A stretch of 64,000 bases of DNA. Origin: a virus (Duplodnaviria; Heunggongvirae; Uroviricota; Caudoviricetes). Shown here one piece after another: positions 16,912 through 26,216 of the stretch. Position 1 is the first letter of the stretch; every line of letters starts with the position of its first letter. The notes under the pieces were generated by a model. That model was not told where the DNA came from, searched no databases, and was given only the letters and a program-made list of their open reading frames with translations. The translations under genes and the position numbers were made by a program. The stretch spans positions 43,976 to 107,975 of the IMG/VR virus record IMGVR_UViG_3300013121_000002. One strand, 5' to 3'.

Positions 16912-17944
16912 ACGCTAACGAAATGCTATCCCACACCGCTGTCGTCACAACGTGTACCCGCTCCAATTCCGCATTACGTTCAGGGCCGGATGGCATCTCG
17001 TCGAGCTTCTTGATGAACGCATCAACCTTGGCTTCGGTCAGCCCCAAATCCTTGAGCCTACCCACGTCAGTCAGCCAATCAAGGCTGGCAACGTAGTCGT
17101 CTATGCCGTAAGCAAAACGAATGTTGAAGTCGCATTCAAGGAACGGCGTGTTGACCTTGTTCTTCTTCGCCTTGGCCTTGACCTGAATGCCGGTGACCCG
17201 CTTCACCTTGTTGATCGTCCGCGTCAACTGCTTGAGATGAGCCAGCCAGACAATATGCGTGGCGTAGAAATCAAGCGCCTTGCCGCCCGTCCGGGTGTGC
17301 TTCTCGCCCATCGTGAAGCCGATCTTGTCACGGACCTGCGAGATCACCATGACGTGAATTTTGGTCGCACCCAACTCGCGTATCAGCTTGCGAAACAATT
17401 CGCCCATCATCTTCGGCTTCTCACCGCCGAAGGTCGCCTCGCCAACCTTGCGCGCCATTTCCGCATCCGACGAAATGGCATCCAGCGAATCAATGATGTA
17501 GAGGCCGGGCTGACCCGATTCCTTGGCCTGTTCAATACAAGCCATCATGTCGTTGAACACATCCTCGACGGTATCCCACCGCGAGCCCACGCCCTCCGGG
17601 CCGAAGTCCACTCGATCCACTGGCAGACCGAGCGTAACGGCGTAGCCCTCATCGAACGCCGCTTCAGCTTCGCGATACCAGATATGCCCATCAGGAAACT
17701 GCCGGGCGAAGTTTGCCGTCGCTTCGATGGCGAGGAGTGTCTTGCCGCTCGAACGGTCACCGACGATGTTCGAGACGCGACCAAGCGGCCAACCACCGCC
17801 GAGGACACAATCGAGCAGGGTGCATCCGGTGCGAATGAATTGCAGCGGCTCCTGCTTGAAATAGATCGGAACCAGCTTCTCCTCTGGCTCCTCGACCGCC
17901 ACCTTCTTGCGCGCCACCATCAATGTCCCCTGACTGCAAACCAA
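16883..17944 (-). CDS. RecA-superfamily recombination ATPase (Sak4/RadA/KaiC-like)
   Basis: Walker A VGDRSSGKTLLA. Walker B LYIIDSLDAI. RecA-fold L2-like region. Confidence 0.75.
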   Translation of the reverse strand: MVCSQGTLMVARKKVAVEEPEEKLVPIYFKQEPLQFIRTGCTLLDCVLGGGWPLGRVSNIVGDRSSGKTLLAIEATANFARQFPDGHIWYREAEAAFDEGYAVTLGLPVDRVDFGPEGVGSRWDTVEDVFNDMMACIEQAKESGQPGLYIIDSLDAISSDAEMARKVGEATFGGEKPKMMGELFRKLIRELGATKIHVMVISQVRDKIGFTMGEKHTRTGGKALDFYATHIVWLAHLKQLTRTINKVKRVTGIQVKAKAKKNKVNTPFLECDFNIRFAYGIDDYVASLDWLTDVGRLKDLGLTEAKVDAFIKKLDEMPSGPERNAELERVHVVTTAVWDSISLAFAPPRPKYE

Positions 17945-18306
17945 ACCAATTGCCCGCGCGCCGAAACACCGGGCCGCTTGATCGCCTCTACCTGCCGTAT
18001 GTCCGACTCCTCAATTCGGATCGGCACGCCGTGCTTATCGCGAAGTTCAATCAGCCGCTTATCCCATAGCGGCCGGAACCGCGGCGATACCGACGCCTTG
18101 GCGATCTTCGGATCGCGCTCATGCAAATCAGCAAATACATCATCCCACGTCCCGCCGCGCTGGCCCCGTGCCATCAGCACATCGAGCACCAGCTTTTCCA
18201 TGTGAGGCAACGCATCATCCACCGACTGAGCAGCGTTGTGACTGGTGCGCGGGTCGCTATTGCGTGCCAGCGCCCGAGAACGGGTCGGTCGGTCGAAGAG
18301 TCCCAT
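17920..18306 (-). CDS. Hypothetical protein
   Basis: 128-aa ORF. Confidence 0.4.
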   Translation of the reverse strand: MGLFDRPTRSRALARNSDPRTSHNAAQSVDDALPHMEKLVLDVLMARGQRGGTWDDVFADLHERDPKIAKASVSPRFRPLWDKRLIELRDKHGVPIRIEESDIRQVEAIKRPGVSARGQLVWFAVRGH

Positions 18307-18339
18307 CGCTCGTTCCCCTTCGACCGACCTCCCCGGTAG

Positions 18340-19692
18340 TCAGCCGCCGCGACGGCCCCTCAGACTATCAAGCTGATCCTTGGCCGACTGCGAAGCATCG
18401 CCGACAGCGTCATCAGCTACGCGACGCCGGGGCGGTGCATCATCATCGTCAGCAGCCCGACGACGAGGCGGGGCATCGTCAGCGTCATCAGCCGGACGGC
18501 GACGTGGGGCGTCGTCATCGTCAGCCGGACGCCGCCGCGGCGGGGCGTCATCGTCATCAGCCGGACGACGCCGCGGTGGAGCGTCATCATCGTCAACAGC
18601 CCGACGACGGGGCGGCGCGTCGTCATCGTCGTAGCCACGCGGGCGACGGCGGTCATCGTCGTCGTCAGCCGGACGACGCCGCGGCGGTGCGTCGTCATCA
18701 TCAGCCGGACGGCGGCGAGGCGGGGCATCATCCTCATCGGCCGGACGGCGGCGCGAAGAACGCTCATCGACCTCATCGTCAACCGGACGACGGCGAGGAG
18801 GTGCGTCATCCTCGTCAACCCGGCGACGCGAGCGTGCGGCGCGTTCGTCGATCTCATCGTCATCGCGGCGGCTACCGCGGCGGTCATCATCGTCGTCACG
18901 GCGGCGATTACCGCGGCGGTCATCATCGTCGTCATCCCGGCGCGAAGAAACGAGCGGACGACGGTCATCATAATCGTCATCGCCGCCACGGCGCTCGACC
19001 TTGCCGTACAGAACCGCCTCCAAATAGTCGGCGGGGTAGTAGTGCAGGATGCTCGGTAGCGGATGGGCCATGATGTATTCCATCCACTGATCGTACCGCT
19101 CAGGCTTCGTCGAGAGCGGCGACGGGTCACGGTCGAACTCGACTGCCGTGTATTTCGTTCGCAGCTTCGTGCCAGCGCGGTTCATGTTCAGGTCGTACCC
19201 CTTGTCAGGGTGATCGAACGGCAGCAATGCATTGCTGCGCTTATCGATGGCGCGGTCGTTGACCTCCTTGAACAGCGTGCGAGGCAGCGACCAGACCTGC
19301 GGACCATCGCGCTGCGCATCGCGGTCGATGATCCAAGCGAGCGCCCGATACTGGGGCTTCAGCTTCTTGCGCTCGTCGGCGTCGGTCGAGCGTAGGGAAG
19401 CATTGCAGATCGGGCACTCCTCGTTGCGCATCTGGAGACAGAGATACGTCGCCGCTTCCGGCCCGATGTCGTAGTGCAGGTTGACGCCGATCTCCCAGTT
19501 GTTGCCGTACTTTTCAACGTCATCCCACGTTCCCGGCAGCACACGCAGACGATTCTCACCTTCCTTCGGTTTCCAAATCAGGACGGCGGGATCGACGTAG
19601 CTGTCGAAATTCCCGCCGCGCGCTTCATTCACTCGACGACGAACGTCATCGACCGTGCGGTTTTCACCGCGATAGACAAAACCCTTCACCAT
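18340..19692 (-). CDS. Zn-binding N-domain protein (possible gp32-like ssDNA-binding protein) with a long C-terminal tail of DDDDAPPRRRPA tandem repeats
   Basis: The N-terminal ~250 aa are globular with CLQMRNEECPICNASL. The C-terminal ~200 aa are roughly 12 copies of a 12-aa acidic/basic repeat. Location within the replication module. Confidence 0.5.
   Translation of the reverse strand: MVKGFVYRGENRTVDDVRRRVNEARGGNFDSYVDPAVLIWKPKEGENRLRVLPGTWDDVEKYGNNWEIGVNLHYDIGPEAATYLCLQMRNEECPICNASLRSTDADERKKLKPQYRALAWIIDRDAQRDGPQVWSLPRTLFKEVNDRAIDKRSNALLPFDHPDKGYDLNMNRAGTKLRTKYTAVEFDRDPSPLSTKPERYDQWMEYIMAHPLPSILHYYPADYLEAVLYGKVERRGGDDDYDDRRPLVSSRRDDDDDDRRGNRRRDDDDDRRGSRRDDDEIDERAARSRRRVDEDDAPPRRRPVDDEVDERSSRRRPADEDDAPPRRRPADDDDAPPRRRPADDDDDRRRPRGYDDDDAPPRRRAVDDDDAPPRRRPADDDDAPPRRRPADDDDAPRRRPADDADDAPPRRRAADDDDAPPRRRVADDAVGDASQSAKDQLDSLRGRRGG
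18420..18900. repeat. Tandem 36-bp coding repeats (about 12 copies)
   Basis: Repeated gccggacgacgccgcggcggggcgtcatcgtcatca-like units. On the minus strand they encode ADDDDAPPRRRP. Confidence 0.7.
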
Positions 19693-19741
19693 AGGTTCCC
19701 AGTTCCCTGTTGGAATTATAACGAATACTATACGAACGGAT

Positions 19742-20257
19742 TTACGAGCGGGGTGCCGCTACACTTCCTGCATGGCGCGATCCCCGTTCGATGGTGAGGT
19801 TGCCGTATTCGGCCAACCGTATCGCCACCAACTCCCGCAGCATGAAGGAACGTTGATGATACGCCTCTTTCAGGGCTAACCACAAGTCCGCCGTGCGACG
19901 CCTATCTAACAGTTTTCGCTGTGCTTTTTGAATAGCAGGATCGTTCTGCATCAACTGCGCGATCCGCCCCTCGGTCGGGCGGCCACCCTCATCCTTGAGG
20001 CTGTCACGAATCTCCAGACTGACCGCCGCCTCCTTCTCGTCGAGGTACAGCTTGGCAGCATCCCGGTCGGCGAGCGCGGAGACGTGCGCCTCGGCGACTT
20101 TGCGGTAAAGCTCAGGCTGCTCGATCAGGGCTTGGTCCAGCCGGTTCTCATTGATCGCCAGCCGGTTCCGCAACCAGACCATGAGCGGGTCATCCTCCGG
20201 GTCCGCGGCAACTGGTGGCGTGACGGGCTCCTCAGTCAGGCGCTTGCGATCAACCAT
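19742..20257 (-). CDS. Hypothetical protein (N-terminus MVDRKRLTEEP)
   Basis: 171-aa ORF. Confidence 0.45.
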   Translation of the reverse strand: MVDRKRLTEEPVTPPVAADPEDDPLMVWLRNRLAINENRLDQALIEQPELYRKVAEAHVSALADRDAAKLYLDEKEAAVSLEIRDSLKDEGGRPTEGRIAQLMQNDPAIQKAQRKLLDRRRTADLWLALKEAYHQRSFMLRELVAIRLAEYGNLTIERGSRHAGSVAAPRS

Positions 20258-20260
20258 GAC

Positions 20261-21304
20261 CTACCTCCCCAACAGCAGCTTGCCGCACGCCAGCACCAGT
20301 GGCGACGCGCCGTCGAAATGATTGAACGGCTGCGAGAACGCATCGAGGATTTCGAGCGCCCGGCCGACCTGCGCTTCCGCCGTCGCGGTCAGCGCAATCT
20401 TGGTCATATACGCCCGCACGACGTGACGCACCGATTCCGGGTCCACCGCAGCCTCACTTAGCTCGGCGAGCATCCGCTGAACGTCCGACCAGCGCCCGCG
20501 GCTGTTGAGCAGGCGGGCAAGCTCGAATGCCTGCGGCGCGGTCGCTGCCGAATGCAGCAGTTCACCTGCCTCCTCCTTATTCGTTACGTCAGCGCAAAGC
20601 GTGAGGTTGGACAGCGCCTGCCGCGGCGAACCATGCGCCTCCCTGACACACAAGCCCACCACGTCGTCGGTCGCCGCCAGCTTCTCGGCGTCCACAATGC
20701 CGTACAACAGGTCCGCCAAATCCTGCTTGCCGACCGGCTTGAGATCGAGGCGCATACACCGCGTGCGGATCGTCTCGGGCACCTTGGTCGGCTCCGTGGT
20801 GCAGAGCATCCAGTAGACGTGCTCTGGGGGCTCCTCGGTAGCCTTCAGGATCGACTTCCATGCCTGCGCCGACAGAGCGTGGCATTCGTCAATCAACACC
20901 ACCTTGATGCGGCCCTCGCCGAGCGGGAGATAGCGCAGCCCATCCATCACATCGCGCATGTTCTCGATGCCGGTGTGCGTCGCCGCGTCGATCTCGATGA
21001 GACTGCCCGGCAGGCAACCCAACTCGGCTGCCGCGATCCGGGCCAACGTCGTCTTGCCGGTGCCGGACGGGCCGGTGAATAGAAGCGTCTTGGCTAACCC
21101 CTTCGCTATCGCGCGCTCCAGCGCCTTCACCACCGCATCCTGACCAACCACCTGCGAGAACTTCGTCGGCCGGTACTTCGTTATCAAACCATCAGACATT
21201 GCCGCGCTTCCATGTTGAGGTGAATGTTCCGGCTGCTTCCATCTTATCCCACGCCCGACCCCATGACGCCTCGACCGTAATGGGCACCACGCGCGCCCAC
21301 TCAA
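20261..21304 (-). CDS. AAA+ clamp-loader ATPase (DnaX/RFC-like)
   Basis: Walker A FTGPSGTGKTTLARIAA. Walker B VVLIDECHALS. Sensor and SRC-like regions. Confidence 0.8.
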   Translation of the reverse strand: MSGRAWCPLRSRRHGVGRGIRWKQPEHSPQHGSAAMSDGLITKYRPTKFSQVVGQDAVVKALERAIAKGLAKTLLFTGPSGTGKTTLARIAAAELGCLPGSLIEIDAATHTGIENMRDVMDGLRYLPLGEGRIKVVLIDECHALSAQAWKSILKATEEPPEHVYWMLCTTEPTKVPETIRTRCMRLDLKPVGKQDLADLLYGIVDAEKLAATDDVVGLCVREAHGSPRQALSNLTLCADVTNKEEAGELLHSAATAPQAFELARLLNSRGRWSDVQRMLAELSEAAVDPESVRHVVRAYMTKIALTATAEAQVGRALEILDAFSQPFNHFDGASPLVLACGKLLLGR

Positions 21305-23777
21305 ACGGAACGTCGAGCATGATGTCGATTACCTTCTCGGCGACGATGCCGACGCGATCCTCACGGACACGGAAGAATGTGAGGTCATCGTGAATCTGGA
21401 CCTCGGGCTGTAGCTCGGGGTCGCCGGTTTCGGAGAGCCGACACATTGCGTCCATGACGATCTCGGCCGCAAGAGACTGGACCGGAGAATTGCACACCTT
21501 GTTGACACTCATCGGCCCGCGGCGACGGCGACCAACCAGTGTCTCGACGTAACCATTAGCCCGGTAGAAGCGCATGAGACGATCCTGCCAATCCTTGACG
21601 CCGCTGAACTGTTCCCAAAACGCATCGAAGTGCGGAGCCAGCACCTTCTCGGGGATGCTAAGAAAACCAGCCGCCGATTTGAGCGACGCACCAAAAAACA
21701 GCGGGAACGTCCACTGGTTCTTGATGTCGGTGCGGAACGCCTTGAGCGCCGCCTTGTCGCCAAGGAACGCCTCGCCGCCGATCCGTTCAGGGTAAGCCTG
21801 CGCCAGTCGCTGCGCCCACTCACCATGCACATCGTAATTATTCCACAGCGCGTCGCAGAACCGCTTGTCATGCGTATACATCGCGATCACGCGCGCCTCG
21901 ATCTGCCCGTAGTCCACCGAGAAGATCAGGTGCTTCGGCGGCGACTTGAGCGGACGCCGGACCTCCTTGGCCTCGTCGTCACGCTTCGGGAAGTTCTGGA
22001 GGTTGGGCGACTCACACGATATGCGCCCAGTCTCGGCGAACGTGGTGTTGAAGATCGCGTGCAGGCAGCCATCGGGCCACAGGTCCGGGCTGCCCTCTGC
22101 CATGATGTCGATGTAGGTGGACTTGCGCTTGGTCGCCTTGCGCAGCGCCAGCAAATGATTAGCAAGTGGGTGCTTGTGCTTCTCCCAAATCTGCTTGAGC
22201 GCGCCTTCCTCGACGGTTAGCTTTTCCTCCTTGGTGAACTTGTCAATCGTGTTGACCTCGGCGTACCGCCGCATCTTCTGGAAGATGTAGATCACGTCGC
22301 CAGTCGAGAGGGGATTGAACCGGCGACCCTGCTCACGCTCGAACGTCTTAACGTCATCAAGCTCAGCAATCGCCGCGGCAGCCTCGTCGATCCGGGCTTG
22401 GTACTTCGCCTGCAAGGCACCGATCTCGGACTGATCCACCGGCACGCCAAGCAACTGCGCCAGCACCATCGTCGGCACGCGCCGCAGGGCGAGCTTGTAG
22501 GCGTAGCCCAGCCCCTCATCGTAAATGACCTGCCACTGCTCCTCGTAGAGCCCGGCGTGGTACTTGGCATCGAGGCCGTTGTAGCGAAGCACCACGTCAA
22601 GCGGTGTGAACTCCAGCCGCAGCCGGTCCACATTTGATATTTTCTTGAGGTTGAAGCCGAAGTAGTTCTGGACCAAGAACTCCAACGAGAACGCGCCGGG
22701 GCGCATCTTGCCGCGCCGCTCGTCAATGATCGCCGCCTGCGACTGGCTATCGCCCCATCGCCCGGCGCGGATCAAATCCTTACCGAAAAAGAACCCGGTC
22801 CACTCCAACTCGAACGCGAGGTTGTGGACCGCCTTGACCGCCGTAGCGGTGCGCAGGAAGTTGCGCCAGATGTCGGTCAGCCGGGCACGCTGCTCAGCCG
22901 TCCACATCGAGCCCGGATGGTCGAACGGAAACGCAATGGCGCTATTGCGATCACCTACCGACGCCGACAGCAGCTTCGCTTGGCTGTCATACGGACGAAG
23001 CCGGTTGGTTTCATAATCAATTCCGATCACATCCAAACCACCATAAGCCGCCAGCGAACGCTCGATCCGCTCCAAATCGGCTTCACCGTTCTCCCCGGTG
23101 ATGATGGTAATGTCCCTAAGCGCGCGGGCTCGGTTATGCGGCTCTGGCACTGGCAGCCCGCGATCCACAGCCTCGAACGCCCGCTTCATGTCGAAGCCGA
23201 GCATTCGTTCATCCTCGCTGCCGGTACGACGATAATCGGTGTCGTCGTCACGACGCCGCTGGATGAGGTAGTTCGCGTCGAACATTGGATAGAACCAGCA
23301 TTTGTGGCTGCCGATCTGGACCGGCATACGCCGACCGCGCCACAAATGAATGCCGCTGAAACCACTAACCCATTTCAGCGGCACCTCACCAAAGCCGAAG
23401 ATCGCCTCGGGCTTGGTCGCCTCGATGTCCCGGATGATCGACGGACGACATGCCTCCAACGCAGCCCAATCAGGCGACTTGCCGCGACCGGGCCATGAGC
23501 GCGCGACGTAGTTCCACCGCAGGTACTCGTCAGCCCACGACGGAATATGCTGACGAATTAACCAACTCGACGGCGAGGTGAAGTGCCCGTCTGCCTGCAC
23601 GTCCATCTTCTTGGGCGCTTCGCCCAGCATGTAGATGAGCGGCTTGCTGGTCCCGGTCGGCTCTAGTCGTCCGGGCTGCTGGTTCAGCGGGCATATCTTG
23701 CATTCGAGGCTGTGCAGCAGCGCAAGCTCGCCAGTCTCGTTGTCCGTGGGCTCACCCCGCGCAAACAATAAGCCCAT
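21192..23777 (-). CDS. polA: Family A DNA polymerase (PolI-like) with an N-terminal 3'-5' exonuclease region
   Basis: 861 aa. Motif A VDYGQIEARVIAMYTHD. Motif C QIHDDLTFF. O-helix-like region. Confidence 0.9.
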   Translation of the reverse strand: MGLLFARGEPTDNETGELALLHSLECKICPLNQQPGRLEPTGTSKPLIYMLGEAPKKMDVQADGHFTSPSSWLIRQHIPSWADEYLRWNYVARSWPGRGKSPDWAALEACRPSIIRDIEATKPEAIFGFGEVPLKWVSGFSGIHLWRGRRMPVQIGSHKCWFYPMFDANYLIQRRRDDDTDYRRTGSEDERMLGFDMKRAFEAVDRGLPVPEPHNRARALRDITIITGENGEADLERIERSLAAYGGLDVIGIDYETNRLRPYDSQAKLLSASVGDRNSAIAFPFDHPGSMWTAEQRARLTDIWRNFLRTATAVKAVHNLAFELEWTGFFFGKDLIRAGRWGDSQSQAAIIDERRGKMRPGAFSLEFLVQNYFGFNLKKISNVDRLRLEFTPLDVVLRYNGLDAKYHAGLYEEQWQVIYDEGLGYAYKLALRRVPTMVLAQLLGVPVDQSEIGALQAKYQARIDEAAAAIAELDDVKTFEREQGRRFNPLSTGDVIYIFQKMRRYAEVNTIDKFTKEEKLTVEEGALKQIWEKHKHPLANHLLALRKATKRKSTYIDIMAEGSPDLWPDGCLHAIFNTTFAETGRISCESPNLQNFPKRDDEAKEVRRPLKSPPKHLIFSVDYGQIEARVIAMYTHDKRFCDALWNNYDVHGEWAQRLAQAYPERIGGEAFLGDKAALKAFRTDIKNQWTFPLFFGASLKSAAGFLSIPEKVLAPHFDAFWEQFSGVKDWQDRLMRFYRANGYVETLVGRRRRGPMSVNKVCNSPVQSLAAEIVMDAMCRLSETGDPELQPEVQIHDDLTFFRVREDRVGIVAEKVIDIMLDVPFEWARVVPITVEASWGRAWDKMEAAGTFTSTWKRGNV

Positions 23778-23805
23778 GGCAGCGACCTCCTCGTAACCGA
23801 ACCCC

Positions 23806-24936
23806 CTACGACGACACCGCTACGAGGAACAACCAATCGTCACCGCCACGCATCACGGCGGCCGATGATCCAAACGCAAACGAATCAGCCTCGCTCAGTG
23901 CGCCCAGCACCTCGGCAGCATTCAGCTTGATCGTCAACGGCGGCCATTCACCAGCCAGCTTGAACTGCTCGGCAAGATCGCCGGTCGAGTAGTTACCGAC
24001 CATCCGCAAGAGTGTGGGATCATCCGCCGCCACCGCAAACGAAACAAAAGGATCAGCGCCGTTGGCAACGATCACCGCCCGCGACAGGGCTTCGTCCAGT
24101 CCATCAGGCAGCGCCAGAAACGACGATAATTTGTTTGCCTCGGCCACCTTGTTGCGGACCAGCTTGGGAAGCTCGTGCATGGTCGAGACATCAAGCCGAT
24201 TGTGGAAGAACTCAACGCCCGCCGTCGTCGCCACCAAGCACTTTGACGGAAAGTACAGCCGGTCGCCGGGCTCGCACTCCTCGGCGACGCTCTCAGCGAA
24301 CAGCCGTGACAGCACGGTTGGGGCAATCTCGGGCACCACATCCATCGCCACCCGGATTTCCATGAGCGTTTTGGAGTCCGTCGTATAGAGCGCGACGCCG
24401 CCCTTGATCGGGAACAGCGACACGCCACGGTGCTCGACCTGATCCGTCGTGCCACGCTGCCTGAGCTTGAGCACGCGCTTGAGCGCAGACAAGAACTCCT
24501 CGGTCAATTCGAGGCTGGTCGAGGTGTCGTACTGCTTGGGGAACTGCCAGTAGAAGCGCGATAGCGGTCGCGTCGCAAGCGAGGACCGTGAGCGGGCGAA
24601 GCGAACGATCAGATCATCATTCGCTTGGTTCAAACGAACGTCGCCAGCCTTGCTCGATTGCACCAACCCGGCGAACACCAAACCATCGACACCGCAGTTC
24701 AAGCCGGTGTCGAACACGACCCGGACGCCGAAATCGCCATTGTAGGCTGACAGGTGCGTCCCGGTAAACCAAAACTGACCCAATTCCCGAGCGAGTGGAC
24801 CTTTGGTGCCTAGTGCAGGCATAGCCAACTCGACGACGCGTGTGAGAATTTCACGAGGGAACTTACCGCCCGGCTCGACCGACGATTTCGTTTCCTCGAC
24901 GCGCCTGCGCACCGCAGCTTCGACCATCACAACCAC
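23806..24936 (-). CDS. DNA polymerase sliding clamp (beta-like), putative
   Basis: 376 aa, three-domain size class. Sits between the polA and clamp-loader neighbourhood. No strong motif, so this is a synteny/size call. Confidence 0.4.
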   Translation of the reverse strand: MVVMVEAAVRRRVEETKSSVEPGGKFPREILTRVVELAMPALGTKGPLARELGQFWFTGTHLSAYNGDFGVRVVFDTGLNCGVDGLVFAGLVQSSKAGDVRLNQANDDLIVRFARSRSSLATRPLSRFYWQFPKQYDTSTSLELTEEFLSALKRVLKLRQRGTTDQVEHRGVSLFPIKGGVALYTTDSKTLMEIRVAMDVVPEIAPTVLSRLFAESVAEECEPGDRLYFPSKCLVATTAGVEFFHNRLDVSTMHELPKLVRNKVAEANKLSSFLALPDGLDEALSRAVIVANGADPFVSFAVAADDPTLLRMVGNYSTGDLAEQFKLAGEWPPLTIKLNAAEVLGALSEADSFAFGSSAAVMRGGDDWLFLVAVSS

Positions 24937-25030
24937 TCCCCAATCAAAAACGAAAGGTCACCCTAGCAGACACAAAAACGGCGGGAAACAGTGTTCCCGC
25001 CGTTCTGTAACAGCCAGTTAGTTCAGTGAG

Positions 25031-26113
25031 TTAGCGACCGCTGGTAGCGACCTCGATGTGGCCGTTGTGACGGAACCACCAGAGAAACTGCCGCGAAACA
25101 CCACTCGCGAGCGCGTCGCTCACCTTCATGCCCTTGCGGAGCTTCGCGAACTCGTTGAAGCGATCCGAGCCGTCGCGATACGGATTTCCCTTCACGACGA
25201 TCTTGAGCTTCGCGTTGTCCGGGAAGTCGGTCGCCTTCCGTCCGCGCTTGCCGCCAGTCGGCAACGCCGTTGCAGCCTTGCGGGCCGGGGCCTTCGCAAC
25301 AGCAGCCGCCTTGCCGCGGGCCGGGGCCTTCGCAGCGGCCTTCGCAGGGGCCTTCGCCGCAGCCTTGCCGCGGGCCGGGGCCTTCGCAGCAGCAGCAGCC
25401 TTGCCGCGGGCCGGGGCCTTCGCGGCGGCCTTCGCAGGAACCTTCGCAGCAGCCTTCGCCGGGGCCTTCGCAGCGGCCTTCGCAGGAGCCTTCGCAGCGG
25501 CGGCCTTGCCACGGGCCGGGGCCTTCGCGGCGGCAGCAGCCTTGCCGCGGGCCGGGGCCTTCGCGGCGGCAGCAGCCTTGCCACGGGCCGGGGCCTTCGC
25601 AGCGGCCTTCGCGGCGGCCTTCGCAGGGGCCTTCGGTGCAGCAGGGGCCTTCGGTGCAGCAGCCTTCGCAGCCCGCGGAGCACGCTTCGGGGCCGTCGTC
25701 TCGACCTCCGTAGTCACAGTCGCATCCATAGTTCCAACTCCTTCTGCGGACGATCCAGCATCAGCATCGACCGCGGTTACATCATCAGCACCACCTCCCG
25801 TCTCCTCGACTTCAGCAGCACCAGTTTCCTGCCCGGCATCGCCGGGCTCGTCAGCAACGATCCGCCCGGAACCAACAGGCACCTCGTCGGGGAAAGCCGG
25901 AAGCGGCGTATTCCCGGACGACTTCTTGTTGTCCTCGACCACGTCTGTCGCCGCATTCAACCACTCCTGCGCCTCGCGGCTCAGTGTTTTCCATGCGTCG
26001 TCGTCGATGATCTGACCTGCGCTGAAAATGCGGAGCTTCAACGCCTGATCCGTCTCCCCGTCCTTGCGCTCAATCTTGAGCTTCGACAGGAACTCACCAA
26101 GCAAAGCACTCAT
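25031..26113 (-). CDS. Histone H1-like / AlgP-like Ala-Lys repeat DNA-binding protein with globular N- and C-terminal domains
   Basis: The central ~140 aa are made of KAAAKAPARGKAAAAA-type repeats. The C-terminal part KLKIVVKGNPYRDGSDRFNEFAKLRKGMKVSDALASG is globular. Confidence 0.6.
   Translation of the reverse strand: MSALLGEFLSKLKIERKDGETDQALKLRIFSAGQIIDDDAWKTLSREAQEWLNAATDVVEDNKKSSGNTPLPAFPDEVPVGSGRIVADEPGDAGQETGAAEVEETGGGADDVTAVDADAGSSAEGVGTMDATVTTEVETTAPKRAPRAAKAAAPKAPAAPKAPAKAAAKAAAKAPARGKAAAAAKAPARGKAAAAAKAPARGKAAAAKAPAKAAAKAPAKAAAKVPAKAAAKAPARGKAAAAAKAPARGKAAAKAPAKAAAKAPARGKAAAVAKAPARKAATALPTGGKRGRKATDFPDNAKLKIVVKGNPYRDGSDRFNEFAKLRKGMKVSDALASGVSRQFLWWFRHNGHIEVATSGR
25260..25690. repeat. 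Coding tandem repeats (Ala/Lys-rich, about 36-48-bp units)
   Basis: Repeated gccttcgcagcggccttcgcaggggccttcgc-like units. Confidence 0.65.
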
Positions 26114-26216
26114 TCTGATTCCCCTTACTCCCGGCGCGAGATTGAGACACGCGAACTGAACGCCGTTATATTTTCTTCCCGAGGCCCAACGTCAAGGCCC
26201 AACGCAAACAAATCGC

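Noticed and set aside
18168-19130. ORFs 18168..19073 (+), 18417..19130 (-) and 18380..18634 (+) overlapping the DDDDAPPRRRPA repeat gene
   Set aside because: They are off-frame or antisense translations of the 36-bp repeat (His/Arg/Gly or Met/Thr runs).
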